Below are positions 14,227-19,957 of a DNA stretch of 19,957 nt, piece by piece. This DNA comes from Candidatus Micrarchaeota archaeon (GTDB taxonomy: Archaea; Micrarchaeota; Micrarchaeia; Anstonellales; Bilamarchaeaceae), in NCBI GenBank assembly GCA_040754495.1, contig JBFMCO010000057.1, positions 1 through 19,957 on the forward strand, in the 5' to 3' direction. A program made the translations under genes and the position numbers. The notes beneath the pieces are model-generated. The model saw nothing but the letters and a program-made list of their open reading frames with translations, had not been told where the DNA came from and searched no databases. The first letter of the stretch is position 1. The number at the start of each line of letters is the position of its first letter.

Positions 14227-15183
14227 CTAGGCCTCCCGGCACGCTTCGTCGTAGCACGTCCAGGGCTGGTAGCAGAACGGCCCTTCATCGTCCTCGCAGC
14301 ACGGCGCATCCTGATACCCGCAGCCGGTGCGCTCGATGAAAGCCTGCGTGACTATGAAATAGTCGTTGACTCGTGCGACTCCGATTCCGGTCTCGTCAAA
14401 CCTCGTCTCGAGAATATTCGCCTTGTGGCCCGCGCTTCCCATCCAGCCGCCGACTATAATGGACTCGAGCTGGCTCTGGCTGAGCCAGTGGATAGCCGAC
14501 CATCTCACCCGCGTGGCGTTTTTCACAAAGTCGAGGCGTTCCTCGTAGTCGGCGCTCACGCGGGCTGCCGCGTCCTCGCCTTCGTATTCGTGGACTATCT
14601 GGGTGCCGGTCTCCGGGCAGTCTTCAGGCTGGTTGTAGGTGAGCGCGTAATCCCAGGCGGATATCATGAAGATGTTCTCCCCGGCCGCGCTGAAGTAGAA
14701 TACGCTCCGGTTATAGAGCCGGTCGGTTTCGTAGAGCCCGAAATCGAAGCCCTCGTGGTGGATGAAAGGCCTCTTGCAGAAAAGCGACGGCTCGGTGAGG
14801 GGCTGATTCTCCCTGGCGAGGCTGAGGCTGTGGTCCCGCGCCACCGAAGCCACGTCGTCGTTCCACTTCAGCGGCGATATCCCCGCCTTTATCCGCTCGG
14901 CGTTTATCAGGTCGAACAGCCTTTTTTCCATCCCGGCGAGGGAGTAATTCTCGGTCTGGTTGGCGCTCATGTTCCCGATTACCGCTGCCGGAGGCGGCTG
15001 GCCGCTGACGTTTATGTACTGGACTATGATGGGCGTCGCGTTCTGGACCGGCGGCTCGCGCACGAAATAGTATTGGGTGGTGTTGAGCTGGGGCGGCTGC
15101 TCCGGCTCCTGCGGAGCTTCGGCCGGCGGCGATGAGACGCACCCGAGCAGCGCTAGCGCGATGAGAAGATATGGGAGCCTCAT
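14227..15183 (-). CDS. CAP (SCP/PR-1/YkwD) domain lipoprotein with an internal insertion and a C-terminal 6-Cys mini-domain (318 aa)
   Basis: Signal/lipobox MRLPYLLIALALLGC, then a Pro/Gln linker. CAP motifs LINAERIKAGISPLKWNDDVASVARDHS, HHEG, GENI, WMGSAGHKANIL and TGIGVA...TQAF. Start set at ATG 15183 because the TATA box is 28 nt upstream (the track start at 15198 is too close to it). Confidence 0.92.
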   Translation of the reverse strand: MRLPYLLIALALLGCVSSPPAEAPQEPEQPPQLNTTQYYFVREPPVQNATPIIVQYINVSGQPPPAAVIGNMSANQTENYSLAGMEKRLFDLINAERIKAGISPLKWNDDVASVARDHSLSLARENQPLTEPSLFCKRPFIHHEGFDFGLYETDRLYNRSVFYFSAAGENIFMISAWDYALTYNQPEDCPETGTQIVHEYEGEDAAARVSADYEERLDFVKNATRVRWSAIHWLSQSQLESIIVGGWMGSAGHKANILETRFDETGIGVARVNDYFIVTQAFIERTGCGYQDAPCCEDDEGPFCYQPWTCYDEACREA

Positions 15184-15205
15184 GGAGGGGATAATCATCG
15201 GGAAA

Positions 15206-15234
15206 TTTAAATGGTTGGCATGCGGTTTTTAAAC
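15206..15234. promoter_or_regulatory. Back-to-back divergent TATA boxes (CAP gene on -, 15257 gene on +)
   Basis: TTTAAA on the minus strand at 15211-15206 (28 nt to ATG 15183). TTTTTAAAC on the plus strand at 15226-15234 (TTTAAA 29 nt to ATG 15257). Confidence 0.7.
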
Positions 15235-15256
15235 TATTTGTAATAGATGTAATTAT

Positions 15257-15763
15257 ATGGCTTCAATTCGCACGCTCACGAGGATTTATGCCGCGGAGGT
15301 CAGGGCCGAAGCCATGAGCCTTGAGGGCACCGCCGGGAGGCTGGAGGCACTCCGAAGGCAGCTCTCGGATTACAAGAACCTGTCTGAGGACAGACGCCGG
15401 GACAAGCTGAGATGGGCCCTTGCCAAGCTTGACGACACGGAAAAGTCGCTGGAGAAGGAGGCTGCAGGCGCCCGGGCCGGGGAGGAGAGCAGGCAGTTCG
15501 AGCACAAGTCGAAGGCCATAGGCAGGGTAGCCAAGTTCGTCGGCTACATAGGCGTCCTGCAGTTCGCATCCGAAGCCTTCAGCCGCCTGGCCGGGAGCAC
15601 GTACCTGAGCCTGGCCGTACCGGCGGCGATAGCCGCGGCCGCGTTCATTTTCGTTTCGAAGGCAGTGGATGCCGTCGTGGGCACATCATTCGACGAGAGC
15701 GTGAAGAGGCTCGGCAATGCAATAGAGGAGTGCCGCGGGGCAATACTGAAGGCGCAGGGATAA
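15257..15763 (+). CDS. Coiled-coil plus 2-TM membrane protein (168 aa)
   Basis: Charged heptad-like N-terminal half, then hydrophobic FVGYIGVLQFASEAF and YLSLAVPAAIAAAAFIFVSKAVDAVV. TATA box upstream. Confidence 0.85.
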   Translation: MASIRTLTRIYAAEVRAEAMSLEGTAGRLEALRRQLSDYKNLSEDRRRDKLRWALAKLDDTEKSLEKEAAGARAGEESRQFEHKSKAIGRVAKFVGYIGVLQFASEAFSRLAGSTYLSLAVPAAIAAAAFIFVSKAVDAVVGTSFDESVKRLGNAIEECRGAILKAQG

Positions 15764-15798
15764 AAAACAGTTCCGGCAACTATTCCATTGGTGATGGG

Positions 15799-16911
15799 AT
15801 GGGGGGACAACGGGCGGCGGAAAGGAGCTATTTCTCTGATGACAGCGCGCGCTTCCTGCTTCAGGTTTTCCAGGGCAATCCCGCGGACTACATGAGGCTG
15901 AGGGAGCTTCTTGCGCCCGGAACGCATCAAATCGGCAATTCGCCGCGCGAGAGATTCCTGTCCTGGCTGGCCGAGTACATCGTCCGGCAGGGGAGCCCGG
16001 TCAGGATGGACGGGCAGGGGAGATACGAGCTGAGCGAGGCCAACAAGAGGACGATACTTAGCCGGGCGCGCAGCATGACCGGGACGGACCTGTCTTCGGT
16101 TCCAGTGCGGAGGGAAGAATCCGCCCAGCCTGCAGAAATGGCACGCGAGGACTATTCCCGGCTGAGGGAAGCTGCCGAATCCGGGAATCCGGCAAGGGTC
16201 GTGCGCGAGCTGGCGTATATGGCCAGGGAAGACGGGTTCGGGCTCGACGCCCAGGGAAGAACAGAGGTCCTCAGGGCGCTGCGCGGGATAAGAAGCCAGC
16301 TGCGGCCATATTCACGACGGATTGAGACGCTGTCGATGAGGAGGCTCAGCCACCTCGTTGATGCGGCCGTCAGCTTCCCGGAGGGCTCGCACGAGGCTGC
16401 GGAGTTCCGGACGCACAGGCAGAATGCCAGGACCGCAATCACGAGGGCAGGATATTGGCTCAACTCTGCCATAAGAGCCCTTGAGAACCCGCCTGAAAGC
16501 TGGAGCGGGTCGCGGACCTCGTATGAGGGATTCTCAAGGCTTGGCCGTTTCTTCGATTATCTTAACGAATTCGACAGGGAATACCACGGCATGCTGGGCA
16601 TTGTCCGCCCCGCGCGGTGGCTGGAGCGGCTGGAGGATGTCCGGGATTTCGTGGTGAAGACAGGCATAAGCCTGGCCACCGGCCTTGCCATCGAGGGCCT
16701 TGCGGCGAGGTTCGTAGCCGGCTCACGCCTCGGCCGGCTTGCACTCGGCGGAGCGGGCGGTGTTGCCGGGGAGGAGGTGGGCAGCCTTGCCACGGGGCAG
16801 GAGAGCGAAAGGCTCCTTGCCTTCGGGAAGGGCGTTTTCACGAGCTATCTGAAGCTGAGGTATCCTGAGCAGTACCAAAGGCTCATGGACTGGCTTGAGA
16901 GGCCGAGGTAG
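15799..16911 (+). CDS. Lys-poor, Arg-rich helical protein with a C-terminal glycine-zipper hydrophobic hairpin (about 370 aa)
   Basis: Likely ATG 15799 preceded by an SD-like GGTGA (the track start at 15730 overlaps the previous gene). TGISLATGLAIEGLAARFVAGSRLGRLALGGAGGVAGEEVGSLATG lies at about 16648-16797. 4 Lys in 370 aa. Confidence 0.85.
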   Translation: MGGQRAAERSYFSDDSARFLLQVFQGNPADYMRLRELLAPGTHQIGNSPRERFLSWLAEYIVRQGSPVRMDGQGRYELSEANKRTILSRARSMTGTDLSSVPVRREESAQPAEMAREDYSRLREAAESGNPARVVRELAYMAREDGFGLDAQGRTEVLRALRGIRSQLRPYSRRIETLSMRRLSHLVDAAVSFPEGSHEAAEFRTHRQNARTAITRAGYWLNSAIRALENPPESWSGSRTSYEGFSRLGRFFDYLNEFDREYHGMLGIVRPARWLERLEDVRDFVVKTGISLATGLAIEGLAARFVAGSRLGRLALGGAGGVAGEEVGSLATGQESERLLAFGKGVFTSYLKLRYPEQYQRLMDWLERPR

Positions 16912-17031
16912 CCCGGGATGGCGCGGCAGAGCTTGGAATCAGCGAGTCCTCGAAAAGGGGGACGATGAGGCTCATTTCATCGCCGAATGCGAATGAGATA
17001 GAGGGGCTAGCTGAGGCAGTTTGGCGGGAAA

Positions 17032-17412
17032 TCAGATAAGATGCAGGTCGATGTCTGCGAATTTCGCTATGTCCCTGAAATCCTTGTCCATCGTGATGAA
17101 TTTCAGCCCCTCCTTTTCGGCAGTGGCGGCAATAAGAAGGTCGGCCATCGGCTTGTCCTTGCCGCTTCCGACCAGCTCGGCCTTAATGTAGCCGGCGCGA
17201 CGTGCGATGTCCTCGCCTACACCCAGTATGGTGCAGCCATCAAGAAACATCTCCACGGCATCAATCGCGCGGTGGCCTTGCCGTTTCGCAGCCCAGACAA
17301 GCTCATAGACAGTGATGATCGAGATTGCGACGCCTTCCTCCCCGGCGCGGCGTTTCAGGGCCTCGTCGCCCCTCAGCCATGCCACTGCCGCCGAGGTGTC
17401 AAAGAACAACAT
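17032..17412 (-). CDS. vapC: PIN-domain ribonuclease toxin VapC
   Basis: MLFFDTS...ISIITVYEL...MADLLIAATA...ITMDKDF carries all four PIN acidic positions. It overlaps the antitoxin stop. An alternative GTG start is at 17421. Confidence 0.93.
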   Translation of the reverse strand: MLFFDTSAAVAWLRGDEALKRRAGEEGVAISIITVYELVWAAKRQGHRAIDAVEMFLDGCTILGVGEDIARRAGYIKAELVGSGKDKPMADLLIAATAEKEGLKFITMDKDFRDIAKFADIDLHLI

Positions 17413-17608
17413 TCCGGTCACGCCTCGCCTTCTTTATCTCTTCGTAGTTGAGAGGGGAGCCCCGGAGCATACCGAACGATTCGCTCAGCCCTTTTCCTGA
17501 AATGCCGAGCAGGCGCTCAAGCAGCTCCGAGAAGCTCTCGTTCTCCTTCTTGAGTTTCCTCAGGCGCTCGTAAACGGAGATTTCGATGTTGATGTTCCTG
17601 CTTGTCAT
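17399..17608 (-). CDS. vapB: Archaeal VapB-type antitoxin (DUF217-like, 69 aa)
   Basis: MTSRNINIEISVYERLRKLKKENESFSELLERLL matches the archaeal TI.IS.EVY..L...K...ESFS..I.RL pattern. It lies directly upstream of, and overlaps, vapC. ATG 17608 is 29 nt from a TATA box. Confidence 0.88.
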   Translation of the reverse strand: MTSRNINIEISVYERLRKLKKENESFSELLERLLGISGKGLSESFGMLRGSPLNYEEIKKARRDRNVVL

Positions 17609-17627
17609 GCATGCATATATGCATGCA
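17608..17627. promoter_or_regulatory. Perfect 20-bp palindromic operator over the vapBC transcription start
   Basis: TGCATGCATA-TATGCATGCA is a perfect inverted repeat between the TATA box and the vapB ATG. An extra GCATGC lies at 17641-17646. Confidence 0.75.
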
Positions 17628-17630
17628 AAT

Positions 17631-17640
17631 GTATAAAAAA
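17631..17640 (-). promoter_or_regulatory. TATA box of vapBC
   Basis: TTTTTTATAC on the minus strand; TTTATA begins 29 nt upstream of ATG 17608. Confidence 0.72.
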
Positions 17641-17728
17641 GCATGCCGTTCATCCCCGGAAGAGAGGCACTAGCGGACTATTTATTCATCACCAGGGCTC
17701 GTTTCCGCGGCCCGAACCCCGGCAAGGA

Positions 17729-17734
17729 TTTAAT
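17729..17734 (+). promoter_or_regulatory. TATA-like box for the nuclease gene
   Basis: TTTAAT 28 nt upstream of ATG 17757. Confidence 0.55.
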
Positions 17735-17756
17735 TCCCCTTCAGCGTTTGCTAGTC

Positions 17757-18413
17757 ATGTACAAACTGTCCCCCTCGTCCCTGTCGCTGCTGAAGGACTG
17801 CCCGCGCTGCTTCTGGCTACGCTTCAGGAAGAAGGTGAAGCGGCCGGAAGGCATCTTTCCGTCCTTGCCTTCTGGCATGGACAAGATACTTAAGGAGCAT
17901 TTCGACCGTTTCAGGGCAGCCGGGAAATTGCCGCCCGAGCTTTCGAAGCTCGACGGCCAGGTGAAGCTTTTCGACGACATGAAGCTGCTTTCTGACTGGA
18001 GGAACAACTTCAAGGGCATCCAGTGGAAGGATTCCGAGGGCAACCTGTTCAGGGGAGCGGTGGACGAGATACTGCAGAAGGGGAGCAGGCTGATAATACT
18101 CGATTTCAAGACGAGGGGCTTCGAGAGGGACGAGAGCACGCTGGGCTATTACCAGGACCAGCTCGACATCTACAACCTGCTTTTCAGGAAGAACGGCTAC
18201 AAGACCGAGGAGTATTCTTATCTGCTGTTTTACATGCCGGACAAGGTGGACGAGAAGGGAGAGGTGCTCTTCAACAGGGAACTTGTCCAGATGCGCATAG
18301 ACGTAGGCAACGCCGAGAGGATTTTCAAAGAGTCCTTGGCTGTTTTGGCCGGAGAGATGCCGGAGCCGGATGCGGAGTGCGAGTATTGCAGGTGGGCGAA
18401 GGAGTGGGAATAA
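17757..18413 (+). CDS. RecB-family PD-(D/E)XK nuclease (Cas4/AddB-like, 218 aa) with CxxC...CxxC
   Basis: LSPSSL..L.DCPRCFW N-terminus, GAVD (motif II), ILDFKT (motif III), QLDIY (RecB QxxxY) and C-terminal CEYCRW. Start moved from 17643 to ATG 17757 on the basis of the family N-terminus and the TATA box. Confidence 0.9.
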   Translation: MYKLSPSSLSLLKDCPRCFWLRFRKKVKRPEGIFPSLPSGMDKILKEHFDRFRAAGKLPPELSKLDGQVKLFDDMKLLSDWRNNFKGIQWKDSEGNLFRGAVDEILQKGSRLIILDFKTRGFERDESTLGYYQDQLDIYNLLFRKNGYKTEEYSYLLFYMPDKVDEKGEVLFNRELVQMRIDVGNAERIFKESLAVLAGEMPEPDAECEYCRWAKEWE

Positions 18414-18458
18414 GCCGCAATCCATAGCATAATATAGGCTGGATGCGGTATAATAGCG

Positions 18459-18998
18459 ATGGAGCCGAAAACTGCCAACTATCTTTTCTACAAGAAAGCC
18501 GAGACTTCGGTAAAGGCGGGCTTCACGACGCTCACGGTTCGCGGCCGGAAAAGCATCTTCCGCGCGGCGAGATACGAGGTGCTGGTCGAGAACGGGGCGA
18601 CCGGCGAGAGCTCCATCAAGGCAGCAGGCCCTTATGTGGATGCCATGCTGGCCCTGAAAAGGAGCCCCAAGGCCTGGAACGCTGCGAGGGAGGCTCTGGA
18701 GCGCGTCGCTGAAGCGCTCTCGGATGATTCCAGGAACGTCAGGAAAGGCTTCACGAGGAGCGAGCTGACGATGCTCGCCGCGCTCGATTCGCCAAGAAGG
18801 ATGGATGAATTGCCCAAATTTGCGCACCTGGAAGGCAGGAAAGTGAGCGAGGCGCTCGAATCGCTGCAAGGGAAGGGTCTCGTAGCTATCGAGCACCACG
18901 GGGAGGCATCGCTCACAGCAGCAGGGGCGGCCATCCGCAAGTGCCTTGAAGGGGACCCGATTTTCGAAAGGATGGCAGGCTTGATTCACAGGACGTGA
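18459..18998 (+). CDS. Hypothetical protein with a C-terminal winged helix-turn-helix (179 aa)
   Basis: SELTMLAALDSPRRMDELPKFAHLEGRKVSEALESLQGKGLVAIEHHGEASLTAAG fits the MarR/ArsR/TrmB-type wHTH pattern (about 18759-18930). The N-terminal part is a small beta-rich unknown domain. Confidence 0.7.
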   Translation: MEPKTANYLFYKKAETSVKAGFTTLTVRGRKSIFRAARYEVLVENGATGESSIKAAGPYVDAMLALKRSPKAWNAAREALERVAEALSDDSRNVRKGFTRSELTMLAALDSPRRMDELPKFAHLEGRKVSEALESLQGKGLVAIEHHGEASLTAAGAAIRKCLEGDPIFERMAGLIHRT

Positions 18999-19033
18999 TT
19001 TGCTCGGCCGATCCGGCCTATTATGCCGGGGCA

Positions 19034-19345
19034 TCACCTCCATTGACTTCCGGAAATTGACGCACAGATTATTTTTTCTCTTTTCGTGAGTTCTGATGCG
19101 GCGAATAACTTTTCGATAATCGTTTCCAGGTCTTCTTTTGTATAGCGCAAGTGACCAACTTGATCATTGCGTTTGGGTTCTGTTAGAAAGCATTTATCCG
19201 AGCACCATTCGCCGAGGACGGAGTCGAAAGTTGGATTATCGTAATGAGAACGAAGGACAATTATTTCATCGATAATGTCACCATCATATAGGATATTCTT
19301 CCCGCAACAGTCGCATACTCCTTCAAGGCACTGTTTGGACTTCAT
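19034..19345 (-). CDS. Small Zn-finger-like protein (103 aa), lower GC
   Basis: CDCCGK...WCSDKC resembles treble-clef (TRASH/MYM-like) Cys spacing. It is co-oriented with the DpnI-like gene. Confidence 0.6.
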   Translation of the reverse strand: MKSKQCLEGVCDCCGKNILYDGDIIDEIIVLRSHYDNPTFDSVLGEWCSDKCFLTEPKRNDQVGHLRYTKEDLETIIEKLFAASELTKREKIICASISGSQWR

Positions 19346-19383
19346 AACGGGATCGATCGGACAACGGGTTTTTGAGGCTATCT

Positions 19384-19815
19384 CTACGTTCTGTAGAGAA
19401 CAAAGTGGGGCAGCTTCTTTAGGCCGATATAATTGAACATTTTGTAGTTTGCCCTTCGGGCAGACGGAGGGAGAACCCGTTTTTTTAGGTTCTCTTTTGG
19501 TACGAAAGGATAGAACACAATCTTCTGCCGTTTGTGGCCGCGTTCAATCCATTTGAAATTAACAATGAGGGGCGGGATCATGAAACCCGATTTCAATACC
19601 TTGTCTATTATGTCCCACCCAGCGCCCAAGATTTCATTAGTAGGTTTTGAGTTGTTTGTTTTTACTTGCGCCCTGAAAGAACAGCCAGTACATTGTACAT
19701 CATAAAGGGGGTAATTAGGAGGCAGGCGCGCCAACATTTTTCCGCAGTTGGGGCAATGGACTTTTTTTACGACTTCTATTTCCCCAACGTTCCCTGCATC
19801 TGAGCTTTTGCTCAT
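19384..19815 (-). CDS. DpnI-like (Dam-replacing family) nuclease catalytic domain only, 143 aa
   Basis: GNVGEIEVV-CPNCG-L..N.PLYDVQCTGC-QVKT-I.GAGW-LPPSARRANY..N parallels DpnI as I recall it (LTEDWV-CPNCG-NNRPVADFYCNHC-ELKS-INDGAY-LAPTARRAGW..N). The stop comes before the C-terminal winged helix. The track's N-terminal extension from 19872 is mostly IS-end sequence. Confidence 0.75.
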   Translation of the reverse strand: MSKSSDAGNVGEIEVVKKVHCPNCGKMLARLPPNYPLYDVQCTGCSFRAQVKTNNSKPTNEILGAGWDIIDKVLKSGFMIPPLIVNFKWIERGHKRQKIVFYPFVPKENLKKRVLPPSARRANYKMFNYIGLKKLPHFVLYRT

Positions 19816-19831
19816 GAAGAGATTGGAACCG

Positions 19832-19856
19832 TGGAGTGAACCCCTATTTGTAGACA
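19832..19856. repeat. IS3-family terminal inverted repeat (right end)
   Basis: TGGAGTGAACCCCTATTTGTAGACA has the IS3/IS150-like pattern 5'-TG...ACCCC...TAGAC and starts just beyond the transposase stop. Confidence 0.75.
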
Positions 19857-19861
19857 ACCAG

Positions 19862-19957
19862 TTAAGCCACATTCCCGTTTAAAAATCTCACCTCAAACTC
19901 ATTGGGCGGCACATATCCTATCGACGAGTGCAGCCGCTTTGAGTTGTAGACCTCCTC
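19862..19957 (-). CDS. IS3-family DDE transposase (OrfB/integrase core), C-terminal 31 aa, partial
   Basis: Minus-strand translation EEVYNSKRLHSSIGYVPPNEFEVRFLNGNVA* matches the YN..R.HS.LGY..P..FE signature. It is not in the ORF track because it has no start in the window. Confidence 0.88.
   Translation of the reverse strand, partial: EEVYNSKRLHSSIGYVPPNEFEVRFLNGNVA

Larger units (their letters stand above)
19832..19957 (-). mobile_element. End of an IS3-family insertion sequence (continues beyond the window)
   Basis: A transposase C-terminus followed by an IS3-type terminal IR ending in CA-3' on the element's strand. Confidence 0.85.

Noticed and set aside
14224-15135. 303-aa plus-strand ORF opposite the CAP gene
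   Set aside because: Antisense shadow; the minus strand has clear CAP motifs, a lipobox and a promoter.
16940-16990. Hammerhead-like GA-GTCC...GGAC-GA arrangement
   Set aside because: The CUGANGA and GAAA core nucleotides are absent and no stems I/III were found.
17650-17695. C/D box sRNA on the minus strand (GUGAUGA...GGAUGA)
   Set aside because: There are no CUGA D or D' boxes at the expected spacing.
17757-18413. Calling the nuclease cas4
   Set aside because: The cysteine pattern differs from Cas4, and there is no cas1/cas2 or repeat-spacer array in the window.
18759-18930. wHTH of the 18459 gene as the missing DpnI winged-helix domain (split gene)
   Set aside because: It is on the opposite strand, in the higher-GC background rather than the islet, separated by another gene, and looks like a generic regulator-type wHTH.
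19013-19029. CCGGC-N7-GCCGG hairpin between convergent genes as a terminator
   Set aside because: Only a 5-bp stem in GC-rich DNA with no U-tract; too weak to call.
17817-19043. 408-aa minus-strand ORF
   Set aside because: It overlaps two well-supported plus-strand genes (nuclease and wHTH) and has no recognisable motifs.
19816-19872. N-terminal extension MWLNWLSTNRGSLHGSNLF of the DpnI-like ORF
   Set aside because: Most of it is read through the IS terminal repeat; the family-like sequence starts at ATG 19815.
1-19957. tRNA, rRNA or CRISPR arrays
   Set aside because: The intergenic gaps are short and were inspected. No T-loop GTTCRA cloverleaf, rRNA-like block or regularly spaced direct repeats were seen.

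Overview
GC-rich window that looks archaeal. Six genes have TATA-like boxes 28-30 nt upstream of the ATG (leaderless promoters), and there is a DUF217-type VapB/VapC pair and an LLGC lipobox. A DPANN lineage such as Micrarchaeota is my inference, not a proven assignment. The first 11.9 kb is one giant ORF that is open to the window's 5' edge (>=3959 aa). It is almost free of lysine: I count 21 K in 3934 aa. Its apparent module order is: TPR-like/helical N-terminal half; Gly-rich hydrophobic bundle with an APTGGASL motif; tandem degenerate GGDEF/palm-like modules; Pro/Gly linker; helical region; C-terminal alpha/beta 'SCQ' domain. A 187-aa ORF starts 1 nt after its stop. Next come a TIKI/TraB/EreA-like metallohydrolase, an unknown helical protein, a CAP-domain lipoprotein, a 2-TM protein and a second Lys-poor Gly-zipper protein. 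I read this as a candidate host-interaction or effector-delivery locus. The right end is defence/mobile in character: vapBC with a perfect 20-bp operator palindrome, a RecB-family PD-(D/E)XK nuclease, a wHTH protein, and a lower-GC islet with a Zn-finger ORF and a stand-alone DpnI-like catalytic domain. The end of an IS3-family element (IR plus transposase C-terminus) sits 16 bp upstream of the DpnI-like gene. No CRISPR array, rRNA or tRNA was seen. All domain calls are motif recognition by eye, not database searches.
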